Below, piece by piece: positions 47,721 to 60,727 of a DNA stretch of 64,000 nucleotides (positions within the stretch are counted from its first letter, which is position 1; each line of letters opens with the position of its first letter). The DNA is from Novakomyces olei (lineage: Eukaryota): NCBI GenBank assembly GCA_016906335.1, contig JADEYG010000004.1, positions 930,001-994,000 of the forward strand. Reading direction: 5' to 3'. A program made the translations under genes and the position numbers. The notes beneath the pieces are model-generated. The model saw nothing but the letters and a program-made list of their open reading frames with translations. It did not search any database and was not told where the DNA came from.

Positions 47721-48983
47721 CTACTCCTCTTCCATTTGCGCCTGTTTCATGTCCCGTTCGGCTGTAAGTTTTGCGATATCGGCCATAAACCGATTACGCA
47801 ATATCGGGTTCGTAGCACGCTCTGCATCGCGTTTCTTTTGTGCTATTGTCGTCTCTAATTCATTAATCCGAGCACGTATCAACCGGTGCTGCTGGTTATT
47901 CTCTCGAACAGCTTCGTCTTCCTCCTCATCATCCTCATCATCCTCGTCATCGTCCTCGTCATCATCGTCTTCGACTCCGCTATGTGCAGCCCCAGTCCCC
48001 GTATCATGTGTCTGTTCCCGATCGAAGGCCAATAAAGACTCCTCAATTTGACCCGCCAACATAGACTCGTCCAATGCCTCTTCTGCCCCACCCTCTGCAG
48101 GTCCACGGCGTAGATCTGCCTCTAGTTCCATCTCTACAGCTGAATCTTGTGTCTGACTATCGGCAGTGGCCTCCCGACCATACTGTCCCATAATATCAAA
48201 ATCACCACTCGTTTCCGACCGTGCCAAAGACGATTCACGGGCGGCTAATCGGTTACGATCGACTAACTCGAATGAAGTTGATTGGGCATGAGCATCTGCC
48301 GATAGTAACCGATCAACTTCTGCTTCGATTGTTTCAATAACGCGATTAGAAACGCGTTTACGAAATCGGTTTGTGCGGACGTATTTCATAGGTGGAGTTA
48401 AGCCATGAGCAAAAGAATAGTCTCCGCTCTCTCGGCCCAAAGTAGCGAGAACCGTGTCTTCATGCTCAATACGGTCGCCCACTATAAGCATCTGACAGAT
48501 GTCCGCAGTCTTGAAGATTGCCTTGTGATCAAAAGTTTTATGTGATTCTATAATACAGGGCAAATCCACCAGAGTAGCAGCGTATTTATGGTCGTTCACA
48601 CATACTACTGCATGCCGAGAGTCCTTGAATTTAATCCATACATCGGCTCCATTTCCAATCTGCCTAGTTGCAATCGCTTCGCGCAAATAATCGCAGTCTG
48701 GGCCGGGCTTCATACGAAGTATACACTGCTCGGTAATACGAGGGTTTTCTTCACGATCAGAGGCCTCAGAATCGTAGCCTAATCCCATCTCATGGCGCCG
48801 TCTGATACGGATTTTATTTGTATTAACGGGCTGTCGAATCCGCAAACGCGGCTGAACAGTTAACGTCGACTCATTTGGATTTTGGGCTTGCTGAGAAGCA
48901 GCTGCGCTATTGACATCAGCCGCTGCCTGTGCTGCCGCTCGAGGCGCGTTCTCTGCGGCCGCTCGAATTTTGATGACCACCAT
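47721..48983 (-). CDS. TAF7: TFIID subunit 7
   Basis: GYDSEASDRE, QCILRM, LVDLPCIIES.KT, KTADICQML, HGLTPPM..VR..RFRKR, NPILRNRF. Confidence 0.93.
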   Translation of the reverse strand: MVVIKIRAAAENAPRAAAQAAADVNSAAASQQAQNPNESTLTVQPRLRIRQPVNTNKIRIRRRHEMGLGYDSEASDREENPRITEQCILRMKPGPDCDYLREAIATRQIGNGADVWIKFKDSRHAVVCVNDHKYAATLVDLPCIIESHKTFDHKAIFKTADICQMLIVGDRIEHEDTVLATLGRESGDYSFAHGLTPPMKYVRTNRFRKRVSNRVIETIEAEVDRLLSADAHAQSTSFELVDRNRLAARESSLARSETSGDFDIMGQYGREATADSQTQDSAVEMELEADLRRGPAEGGAEEALDESMLAGQIEESLLAFDREQTHDTGTGAAHSGVEDDDDEDDDEDDEDDEEEDEAVRENNQQHRLIRARINELETTIAQKKRDAERATNPILRNRFMADIAKLTAERDMKQAQMEEE

Positions 48984-49094
48984 GCTATGCCATGCTCTCG
49001 TCTGCTATAGCTCTTGTCTGCTATTAAATTGGATAAGAATAAACATCAATAAAATTGTATATAATATCACGCTCCTAATAATTAATATTTATAT

Positions 49095-49133
<39 letters not shown>

Positions 49134-49310
49134 TATTTATTTTCAATATAGCAGCCGCCTTAAATAATGGCTGTAATATAATGAGTTTATTATGATAGAC
49201 ATCCCCTATTAATATTAATTTTTGGGCATATGTAATACAGTTACTGCACTTGATAATGCGAATAATTCTAATCTCTATAAAAGCAAATAAATTATTTTTA
49301 CTCGGCTGCT

Positions 49311-51896
49311 ATGGCCAAGAGCAAAGGCTCACAGCTGAGCGGCCTCAAGACGTCGCTCAAATCGGCGGGCGTTATCCGTAAACCGAGCAAGAAAAGTTCA
49401 GGCCGCAAGGGTTCAGACAAAAGTCTGCAGGCTGCAAAGAGGCAGGATGCACTGGAGCAAATTCGATCCCAGTTCAATCCTTTTGACGTTAAAGTTAACA
49501 AGCAAAAGCATGAAATTGCGGGCCGTAAAGTGCGGGGGACACGCGGTGCTCCTTTGGAGAAAAGGCAGCGTGCTGAAGATAATTTTCAAAATGCTTACCG
49601 CCAGTCACGGTCTCGTACAACCAAAGCAGGTGGTATTGTAGACCGTCGATTTGGGGAGAACAACCCTCACTTGTCCCTGGAGGAGAAGATGCTTCAGCGT
49701 TTCACTCACGAAAGACAGAGATCTCGCGGGAAGGGTGATATTTTCAACCTGGAGGGGGACGATGATGACGGTGATGGAGAGGCCCTTGATGGCCTAACAC
49801 ATTATGGCCATTCATTAGCGGAATTGGATGATTTTAATGAACCAGATATCGTGGACGATGACGAAAGATACGGGGATATTGATGACGAGATGGTAAACAG
49901 AGTCCATTTCGGTGGATTCAATGACGAGGGTGATCACGACGAAGCAGAGGGGGATCGGAAGAAAACCAAAGCCGAGATCATGCAAGAGCTTATAGCAAAA
50001 TCTAAAATGTACAAGCATGAACGACAAATGGAGAAGGAGGCAGATATCAATGAAATTGATGCTTTGGACGCTGAAATGGATGATCTGCAGACCGCACTGC
50101 AGGGTAATATTAGAGCACCGAAGGTAGTAAGAGGAGGTGATGAGGCTTTAGCTGCTGATAAGGATTATGATACACTTGTGCGGCAGATGGCATTTGATCG
50201 GAGAGCTCGACCTGCTGAGCGGACAAAGACGGAGGAAGAAATTGCTGAAGAAAAGGCTGAAGAATTGCAACAAGCTGAGCGGAAACGGCTCAAGAGAATG
50301 AGAGGCGAGCCAGATTCTGATGACGATGATGAAGCAGCTAAAGAGAAGCGGTCAGGAACTCGTGAGGGAGACAATTTAGAGGATGACTATGTACCAGAAG
50401 ATGACAGTGTCGGTCTCGGTGGTGGTCTGCAAGCTCTAGCGAGCGAGGACGAAGACGAAGACGATGAAGAGGAACTAGAAAGTGATCTGCAAGAAGAGGA
50501 AGACCAGGATGAGGAAGGTGGGGAGGAAGACTCAGAGATTGAGTCGTTACATGGAGACGCAGATTTTGAGCGTCAAACTGGTCATACAAAAATAGATGCG
50601 GATAAAAAGTCTCTGAAAAGATCTGATACCCTTGCCGAAAAGCACGAGCTTCCTTTCACTTTTCGCTGCCCTCAAACGCTTGAAGAATTTGATGAAATTT
50701 TGATCAAAGTTAACGTTAAAGATATCCCCACTGTGGTGAGTCGGATACGTACTCTTCATCACCCCAATTTGCACCCGGAGAATCGACCAAAGCTAAGGAA
50801 GTTTACACCACTTCTTTTCAAAATGATTCTTCTTATTGCCGATGAACATCCGACGGAATTAGATGTTATTGAACAGCTCTCAGCGCACCTTTACAGTCTG
50901 AGCAAAACTTATGGCAACGAGCTGGGTGAAGCCTTCCATGACCACATCGAGTTCATCAATGAAGAACCCGAATTTTTAACCACTCGTTTGGCCCCTCGTA
51001 ATCTTGTTTATTTTGCTCTTGTCCATAAAATATTTCCTACTTCTGACTTGCTCCATTACGTGGCTACTCCGGCCATGCTTCTTATGGGGAAATATCTTTC
51101 GTATGGACCTATGCAAGACGCAATGGATATAATTGCAAAGGTGCAATTAGCTCGACTGTTTTTGATATACCAAGAATTTTCTCAACGACTTGTTCCGGAG
51201 GCGGTCAACATTATTGGACAGAGCTTAATGGCTTTATCATCAGCCGCCGGGCAAGCAGGCTCCTTCCCCTGGCTGCCCGAGCAAATGGCCAAATGTGCAA
51301 TTAAAAGGGAACAGACGGCTCCTGCTATTTTTCCTTATTTCAATGCCTTTTCTGAGGGTTTTTCCTTTGACATCAACGACGAAAGCCTAAAGACCAGAGC
51401 GCTTTTGGACACGGCTAAATTATGCGAGCAGTGTACTGCCCTTTACACTGGAAAACCTGGATTTGTGCAATTGATGGGGCCTGTGTTATCTTTGCTAGCG
51501 CCTTTTACGCGTCTTGAGCTGGACGAGAATGTTATGATGACTGTGCAAAAGGCATACGCTTCCCTGGAGAAAACTCTTTCTTTTGCCTTACAAGCTTTAA
51601 GACCCCTGCATTTGCAGAGACACCGACCAGTTCCACTTGCGACTCACGTTCCTAGGTTCGAAACTTCATACTCCCTAGACAAGGTCTCTTACGATCCTAA
51701 TCGCGAACGAGCAGACGCCAATAAAAAGGCTGCTTTGGATCGAGCAGCAAAGAAGAATCAAATGCGAAATTTGCGAAGGCAGTCTCAGTTTGTTGCGCGA
51801 GAACGTGCCCGAGAGCAACGGGAGAAAGACGATGTGTACAAGAAGAAGATGAACAAGCTGGAAAATAGGCTCATGCATTTTGATCCTGCTGTATGA
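49311..51896 (+). CDS. NOP14: SSU processome component Nop14
   Basis: NPFD.K, DRRFGE, EEKMLQRFT.ERQ, LTHYG, KTKAEIMQELIAKSK, LQRHRP. Confidence 0.95.
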   Translation: MAKSKGSQLSGLKTSLKSAGVIRKPSKKSSGRKGSDKSLQAAKRQDALEQIRSQFNPFDVKVNKQKHEIAGRKVRGTRGAPLEKRQRAEDNFQNAYRQSRSRTTKAGGIVDRRFGENNPHLSLEEKMLQRFTHERQRSRGKGDIFNLEGDDDDGDGEALDGLTHYGHSLAELDDFNEPDIVDDDERYGDIDDEMVNRVHFGGFNDEGDHDEAEGDRKKTKAEIMQELIAKSKMYKHERQMEKEADINEIDALDAEMDDLQTALQGNIRAPKVVRGGDEALAADKDYDTLVRQMAFDRRARPAERTKTEEEIAEEKAEELQQAERKRLKRMRGEPDSDDDDEAAKEKRSGTREGDNLEDDYVPEDDSVGLGGGLQALASEDEDEDDEEELESDLQEEEDQDEEGGEEDSEIESLHGDADFERQTGHTKIDADKKSLKRSDTLAEKHELPFTFRCPQTLEEFDEILIKVNVKDIPTVVSRIRTLHHPNLHPENRPKLRKFTPLLFKMILLIADEHPTELDVIEQLSAHLYSLSKTYGNELGEAFHDHIEFINEEPEFLTTRLAPRNLVYFALVHKIFPTSDLLHYVATPAMLLMGKYLSYGPMQDAMDIIAKVQLARLFLIYQEFSQRLVPEAVNIIGQSLMALSSAAGQAGSFPWLPEQMAKCAIKREQTAPAIFPYFNAFSEGFSFDINDESLKTRALLDTAKLCEQCTALYTGKPGFVQLMGPVLSLLAPFTRLELDENVMMTVQKAYASLEKTLSFALQALRPLHLQRHRPVPLATHVPRFETSYSLDKVSYDPNRERADANKKAALDRAAKKNQMRNLRRQSQFVARERAREQREKDDVYKKKMNKLENRLMHFDPAV

Positions 51897-52294
51897 GGTG
51901 GGAATGGATCAAATACTCTGTATGGACTATTGAATTATATGCATATTTCACTACGGATAACAGTTGATATGGCCGACAGAAAACTCGATTTTCCAATTTT
52001 CAATAATGCATTTTAGTACCATTGATCAACTCTGTATGTGTAACAATGATTTGAACCGTGTATTTTCATATTCCCTACTACAATATTGTTGGGATTCTGA
52101 TAAGGTGTATTTATCTTTATATATAGATTAACCCTAAACGTAAACCAAGCGTATTATAATGCATTTTGAGCATCATTAACCCTAATCATGAATTATTCGA
52201 AGGGAACGTATCATTTATAGATAAATAATGCCAGCATAAAATAAAATATATTTATCAGAGTATCCCATAATTGACGTCGACATCGAACCTCGAC

Positions 52295-53573
52295 ATGATA
52301 GATTTACCACCGTCTTCGTTAAGGGCATTAGCGCCTTATATTTCGCGAGCTAGAGAGTTTGAAGGACGAGACGACGTTATTTGCTTTTACGGTATTAAAA
52401 ATTTGATTCATAGCCTTGTACTAAATGAGAATAGCTTTATACTATGCCGTGCAACAGGCGCTTGCGCAAGATGCTGCCAAAGGCCCCGACCGTGATTATG
52501 TAGTAGACTTGCTGGACCGCACGGAAGCTGTAAGATTGCGATTTGCGCCCTTTTAGTCTATAAGCTTATTTCTTTTTATTTTGAATTTTGCTTTTACAGA
52601 TTCTATCTGACTAGCGTGTAGCTCAAAGGCAAACTCGCCGATAACGATCTGATCACGGACGACGAAGCTGGTCTTGCGTATGTTGAAAACCTGGCATTGA
52701 AAATATTTGGGCTCGCGGAGAATGAAGAGCATGCGGGAAAAGTTAGTCGGTATGTTTTGTATTTGGATTAATTGTTAATAATGTAAAGAGGAACAGTGAC
52801 AAAGTTTCTCGCATCTGTCAGCTTTTTCGAGATCTGCAAGCAGTTTGGAGCATTAAGCACTGATGTAAGAGGAAAACAATCTGATTTTTTTGGGCATATC
52901 AGCTTATTGATCACAGTTATCCGATCGTATAAAATACGCAAAACTGCATGCTTCACGTATTGGGAAGGCGTTTCGTGAAGGAAACGATCCCAACGAGGTC
53001 ATTAAAGAGTTGCTGCAGAGCAATGCCTCGCAAACGGGCGCCGAGTCGCCTGAGCAGTTTCTTGAAAGCTCATTAAGAACGCCGACAGATAATGTGGATA
53101 AAAGTTGCGACTTGACTAGTGCGCAAGATGACCGCGCTAATAGCACGGCTGGTACTGGTCAGGATAATGCACAAAGTGGTGAATATTTTCCTATTGTTCC
53201 CAGTACTTCGGACGAAAGTGCTCCAAGCGCACCAATCATCAAGTCCCCACCAAATGCTGATCTTGGAAACGCGGAGCCTATTAACAAGGCCAAATCCGTA
53301 TTAGATAATGACTGGGAACCGCCTGCAAAGTTGGGCTTGCCGTCCAAAGCAAACCTATCTACGAAGCCGGAAATGCCGCTCGATAAATTTGATCGATCTC
53401 TAGAACAAGACGTAAATACGTTTTCTCAGGCCAAGAAAGCTCCAGTAAGTTCTGGGTTGATCGAACTGGCTCAGAAGCATTCCAAATGGGCAATATCCGC
53501 TTTGGATTATGAGGACGTCGATACAGCGATCAAAGAGCTAAAGCTTGCTTTGAGCAAGCTGGAAGGGACTTGA
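52295..53573 (+). CDS. VTA1: Vps4 activator Vta1; introns 52392-52434, 52530-52621, 52750-52788, 52865-52916
   Basis: MIT-like N-terminus, IKYAKLHA.RI.KAF.EG.DPN, VSL AQKHSKWAISALDYEDV.TA. Confidence 0.92.
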
Positions 53574-54080
53574 ATGGGAAACAAGGAATTAAAGTAAGGG
53601 TAAAAAATGGTAGTATCAATGGCTAATTGTATACGCAGAGCAAGGTAGATCAAGGCACAACTAGCGAGAAATTGCTAGTATCTTTGCAAGTCCGCTTAGC
53701 CTGAAAGTGTGCAGGCATTTAACAAACGTTATAGCGGGTCGTCATGACGCTTATAATTGCAAGTGAAAATACAAGGCTGGGCAACTATTGCACGCTAAAT
53801 CGGTCACAGTGGACGATAAAGCCTGGCTTTGTGTTCGGCGTGAATAACAGTCTTTTTGGCTTTACCTTTAAAAGTTTAAATGTGTGTCTATTAAAAGTGT
53901 CAGATTAATTGCGGTAAAGATTAACCTGCAGTAAAGTTACTTGTATCAATGGAATTCCTAACGGCTTATCGCGGATACGTCTATATATTGAAATTCTTAC
54001 GTAATACACCATATTAGGAATATATGCAATCATACAATCGCGCGAGTCTGACGAGGCTTTCGCCTTTAGAATGAGTAGAG

Positions 54081-54599
54081 ATGCACCAAGAATCAGGGAA
54101 AATAATGTTGGAGAGGCTTCAAAAGCCGCGCGGGTCCAAGTGCAAAATGGAAGTTTTATCAGAGAAAAGCTTTTATGCATTGGTGGGAAGGGTGCAAGCC
54201 CCAAATATGAAAAGAGCAGTAAATAGTCAGTTACAAGAGAAATCAAAATACGGCAATGGCAGCGCAGATTGTTCCAATGAAATGCTCGACGGATCGCAGG
54301 ACCAATGCTTTAAAGGCGAATTGGATCTCTCCTTTGATTGGCTGCCTGAGCTTTCGCCGGACAACACGATACTGTCTCAAGACCAGAGTGTATGCAGCTC
54401 GAAAACCCCGTCTTCACAGAATTTTAGTGCCGCTCTTACAGATCTATCTACACTCGAAACTAAACGCCAAAAAATGGCATTCGGTAGCCTTTTATGTCCA
54501 CCAGCTGAAAGCATTAATTTTAAAGAGACTGGTGAGTTTTCCGTGCAATCAAATTTTAATTATTGCGATGACGGGTTCGAATGGGATCCGAACCTTTAA
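54081..54599 (+). CDS. Hypothetical 172-aa ORF, possibly the last exon of a longer spliced gene
   Basis: ATG-initiated ORF filling the VTA1-BNA5 gap; no recognisable family. Confidence 0.4.
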   Translation: MHQESGKIMLERLQKPRGSKCKMEVLSEKSFYALVGRVQAPNMKRAVNSQLQEKSKYGNGSADCSNEMLDGSQDQCFKGELDLSFDWLPELSPDNTILSQDQSVCSSKTPSSQNFSAALTDLSTLETKRQKMAFGSLLCPPAESINFKETGEFSVQSNFNYCDDGFEWDPNL

Positions 54600-54707
54600 A
54601 ACAATCGATGATGGCAAATATAAAGAGAATGATGATTCAGTTTTTTGGCCCATCTATGAGCAGTTTGCGTATGAAAACGATCAATTTCACAGAATTCCTG
54701 AAAGCTC

Positions 54708-55940
54708 TCAAATGCCCTTGATGCCATCGAAAACATTATCAAAGCATAATGCAAATTGCCGTACGTCTTCAAATGTATTATACAACGGTGCCGGGCTCAC
54801 ACGAATGACGTCTGGCATTCGCTCATCGGTGACAACTCCTCGATCCACAAGGCCAGCAGCAATTTCAGGCATAGCTGAGGCTGGGAATATTCGCAAACTT
54901 AACTGCGCACCTCGTTCATTTTTGGCTGCGGGTGTAATAATATGGAATCCAACTTGATTCACACTTGGCGTCGTACAATACCTGCTACTGGACTGTAAGA
55001 GGGCTTCCAAGTACCCCGTCAGAGCACGACCCTTTACCCGCAACCCCGTCATTATATCTTTCTGGCCAGTCAATAAGCAAACTTTATCGAACACGCTTAA
55101 ACTAGCCCGTAATGAAGCACACGCGAGTACGTTAGGATTTGACAATTGGAATCCTTGAGCGCCCGCACTAGCACAGAATTCGTTGGGCATTTGAAACCGA
55201 GTTTTCTTGTCATGGCCCCACCATCCAGCCTGCCTTACAATACTTTTATCGGTCTTGTGCCTTTGGTGAACGAAAATTCCCCCTATACCGCCGGGACCCG
55301 CGTTCAGGTACTTGTACGAGCACCAGACTGCAAAATCAACATCCCAATTGTGAAGCTGCAGTTCTACATTTCCTACGGCATGAGCCAGATCCCATGCTAC
55401 GATAGAGCCCTGTGCGTTGGTTGATGAACAATGCTAAATAAATAAGACATTTACTCATACCTTTGCCCGAGCTGCTCGGGTTATAGTTTCAATATCAAAA
55501 CATTGGCCAGTCAAGTACTGCACTCCACTAAAACACACAATGGCCACAGTATCACCAATTTCTTCAATTTTATCGAGAATATCGCTCGTTCGAAGACTTG
55601 CTTCCTCTGGTCGCGGCCTCAGAGCTACTACAGTCTCACTAGGTGAGTAGCCATGCAATTCTGCTTGCGAAGCAAAGGCGTACTGGTCCGAGGGAAATGC
55701 GCTTGCTTCACACAAGATTCGAGACCGTTTTGCCGTAGGATGATAGAACGCCATAAACAGCGCATGCAAATTAGCGGTTAATGTTGACGTCACTGCAACT
55801 TCATCCTCTTTCGCGCCTACAATGTTTCTCAATACAGGTAAACACGGCTCGTCAATGGTCATCCATGGTGTGCCACGGCTATCAAAATGTCCCAGAACTG
55901 CCCTGATTGTTAATTGCTATCATAGCTATAGTTTTAGTTT

Positions 55941-55974
<34 letters not shown>

Positions 55975-56426
55975 GATTTTTTTCTGATTTTTTTTTTTTT
56001 TAATTTTTATTTATTTATTTATTTTTATTTATTTTTTAATTTTTTTTTGCTTGTTTTGTATAGGAAGAGAAAAGCAAGAGTATTTCTGGGTATTTATCAA
56101 GTTTCTTTAAACTTTTTGGTACTTGAGTGTCCCGCTCTTTATGTTTCTTCTCTTTTTGAGTCCCTTATTTCAGTGGAGTTTGGTAAACTTTTTACACAAT
56201 CCTACCTTTCTCCCCATGCGTCTAATTCGCTCTTGATCTCAGCACGCGCACGTTTTGGTAAAAGCCCTAGAGAATTGCCGCAGAGATAAACAGTGCGCTT
56301 GGCTGACTGTAAACTGGCATTTGGAACTGGATATGTGGGAAGTTCGAACTCGTTGCGTAACGGTGCTAAAGCGTCAGTCTTGTCCAGGAACTCGGCGTAA
56401 GCAGCCGACCGGAAATCCTCCTCCAT
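54708..56426 (-). CDS. BNA5: Kynureninase; introns 55903-56205 and 55410-55460
   Basis: YLCGNSLGL, FPSDQYA, GVQYLTGQ, WDLAHAVGN, WCSYKYLNAGPG, LSNP. Confidence 0.96.
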
Positions 56427-57259
56427 ATTGTAATGAATATTGACGGTTGGATAGTATTGTCACGAGTAGAATTCAATCAAAGTTATATGTTTGTTCCTTT
56501 GAACTTAAATCGTTTGGTCGATCTCTGGAGAATCGGCTTATATGTACAACCAACCTAATTTGTAAAATGGTAAAAAATAATCCCCTGTAAGAGTTTAATA
56601 TAGGACTGTTCAAAAGTCTGAATTCTACATGCTACTATTATTGTTGTGAGGCAGTGATAAGAAGAGCAATACTTTTACGTGACGTTAAATTGTACAGTAA
56701 AGTCTTTTTTTTGCCATTGATAATATTGCCGAGTTTGAAAAGTGCTCAGACTCAGTACGATTAACTATCGGCTTTTTTGTACTATAACAAACTAATAACG
56801 GTGTTGCTCCTAATTACATTGGGGGGCCGATAACGATGTACCATAAATTAACTGGTATATCCAAAGATGTACAAGACTCGTAGCGGGTCACACTTTGAAT
56901 TCAGTTCTCGGAAAACCATAAAGGTGGCCTTATTTGTGCAGATGAAAAAGCATATAATCCTGTGGAATCAGTGACCCTAATCGCGAAATCAATATGACTG
57001 AATTGAACTGACAAATCTCTAACAACTACTACAGCTTTAATTTCCCGACAGAGAGCCTATCAACACAGACATGTTTATTTACCACAGAACGCTTATCTTC
57101 ACATACTATTATATAATATTATTCTGAAATAATAATTTTATAATGCGTTATTATGATGCACAATATACTCTTCGTGTTCCCCGAATATTAATGTTTTTTT
57201 GCTACGTCTTATTTTCAAATCGTCAAAACTAACTTTGGCAATTGGTATCAATCTCAAAA

Positions 57260-59100
57260 ATGAGGACAGCAGCGCTTTTGTGTCTGGCTGCATCGTGTGT
57301 AAGCGCGCTCTATACTGCAAAGGGCCCAGTTACTATATTGGAAGCAGACACGTTTAATAGCACAGTCAACGTGCGTGACCAGGTGACTATAGTCGAGTTT
57401 TTTGCGCCCTGGTAAGCCGGAAATGAAGTGTGCTCTCGCTAACTATTTAGGTGTGGCCATTGGTAAGTGTTTCAATATGATCGAGATGTTATTCATTTTA
57501 CTATGCTTTTATTTATTTATTTAATTTAATTTTTACATTTTTACTAAATGCTCATTGTAGTCGAGACCTGGCACCAACCTATAAAAGGCTTGCGGCTGAT
57601 GTTGGGGGCCTCGTGAACGTGGCAGCAGTCAACTGCGATAATAATCTCAATCGGGCATTATGCTCCAAGTATGAGGTACAGGGCTTTCCTACCATCAAGG
57701 TCTTCCATGCCAATACTGCTGGAAAGTCTTCGGTCATGGGTATGCTTTTCAGTTTTATTTATCGAATATTAGGGTCAATTTTGATCTCTTAATTTTTTCA
57801 TTGCCTCTTTATCACTTTCTCTTTTATACATTTTGATTGATTTGTATATGTACTTTTTTTGTTTTAAAGTCACCTGAAGCCTAGCCGTTTTATATTAATG
57901 CACTAAATGTGCGGCTAACTAGTAGACTACAATGGCCCCCGCACGGTGAAAGGTATTGCTGAATTTGCCACAAAACTCATACGCAACCGGGTGAAGCGTA
58001 TAACTTCCGACACATTGCAATCATTCCTGGACGATAAGGTATTATATTCTCCAATGTCAATTTGTTTTCTGGTCAACCAGCCTTGTATTTTCATTTATCT
58101 CATATTACGCTGTCCGCTTTGTTTATCAACAGTACCCTTATCAGTTTCCTTTTTATTTGTATCCTGCCTTGATCGGTCGTTTGTCAATTCAGCCGCTAAT
58201 TATAGGCATCCGTACATAAATATATCTTGTTCTCTAACAAGGGCTCAACAAGCTCTACTTACAAAGCACTGGCCCTAAAATACCCATCTCTTCCTTTTGC
58301 TATGGTGCGAGACAAGGAAACAGAAGCAGTATCTAGATTTGGTATCGACACTTTCCCCTCTTTTATTGTCTACGATAGAGAGTCGGATAAAGCGGAAAAG
58401 TTTTCTGGAGGTAATCAGGACTAATTGCAAAGACCTTGCTGACTCTATAGATTCATTTTCAATACAATCGCTCCAGGAATTTGTAGAATCTTCTGGTGTT
58501 GGCAAAGAGAGTCATGGTCAATCGAGAAAGGTCGCCAGTGATCGTACAGATAGTACGGCAAAAAGTCAACAAAAACCTTCTAAACCGTCTCCAGAAGCCT
58601 CTCCAGAAGCCTCTCCAGAAGCCTCTCCAGAAGCCTCTCCAGAAGCCTCTCCAGAAGCCTCTCAAGAAGCCTCTTCAGAAAAGCTATCAAACCACAATCC
58701 AAATGATGCTTCAGATCCTTCTCCAGGATCTTTTCCCAAACCTTTGTCGGAGCCACTGCCAGTCTTGGATGACATGGAACTGCTTAGATCTCATGGGCTG
58801 AAGCTTGTGATGATAGCGGGAACTGATTCCCCTGAAATTTTACGTGATATACGTAAAGCTTTACCCAATGAGGGCTTGAATTCTGTATTTTCTGCCCCGT
58901 TTAATAGTGCAATAGTGGAGTCGCTTTATCCTCAAGGGGAGGGCATTTGTACTGCAATTGCCGTAAATTCACGAAAGCAATGGGCGGTCTGTTTTAGAGG
59001 GGAACCGAAGGATTTAGCGCAATGGACTCAGGATATCGTTCTTGGCCAGTCTTCAAACAAGCGGCATTATTTTGCGAAGAAAGCGCACGACGAACTTTGA
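57260..59100 (+). CDS. ER protein disulfide isomerase family (MPD1/PrpA-like) with HDEL; introns 57412-57450, 57463-57560, 57740-57925, 58039-58205, 58411-58450
   Basis: Signal peptide, VEFFAPW|CGH|CRDLAP, AAVNCD, VQGFPTIK, DYNGPRT, C-terminal HDEL. Confidence 0.9.
58588..58680 (+). repeat. 12-bp coding repeat encoding (SPEA)n
   Basis: TCTCCAGAAGCC x6 plus 2 degenerate units. Confidence 0.95.
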
Positions 59101-59557
59101 TTGCATCTGGCAAGAACAGCATTGATTTAATTAATTATCTTTGTTTCGTTTCATTTTATATTATTAGATTTTACGGCCAAAAACATTTATTACTATGCAT
59201 TTAAATGGGCTAAGAAAATCAAAATACATGATTTAGCGTTTTTTTTTTTGCTTCTTAAGATCTCGATTATTGCGATTATCTGGCCGACTTATTTATCTAA
59301 ATAAATCCGAGCCATATATGGTCAAGAAACAGAATCGAAACCAATGTACAACACAGTCTCTAAAAAATATCTACAGAGAACAGGGCCTACAACCGACAGA
59401 TCCTAGTCGTTGCAAAAGCATGCACGATCCTTTTATAATGACAAATATGAAAAGTCTATTTAAACAATGTTGCATCACTTAAAATCTCATCCGTGAACAG
59501 TATAAAAATAGATGCATCTTCTTAGAGCCTTCTAGGCGGTTCCCTTATTGCTGACCT

Positions 59558-60502
<945 letters not shown>

Positions 60503-60598
60503 TGTGAAAGATGTCGCTCACGATCTGATTGTGTAGCAGCGCACTAGGCAGGCATCAGTGGGGACGTCGTATCCAGAAATAGGGTGTTTTCTCCAGCC

Positions 60599-60727
<129 letters not shown>

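Noticed and set aside
56886-56985. Stem enclosing AAACCAT and ATAATCCTG, reminiscent of snR30/U17 m2 and m1
   Set aside because: Motifs are in the wrong order, m1 is mismatched and there is no correctly placed ACA
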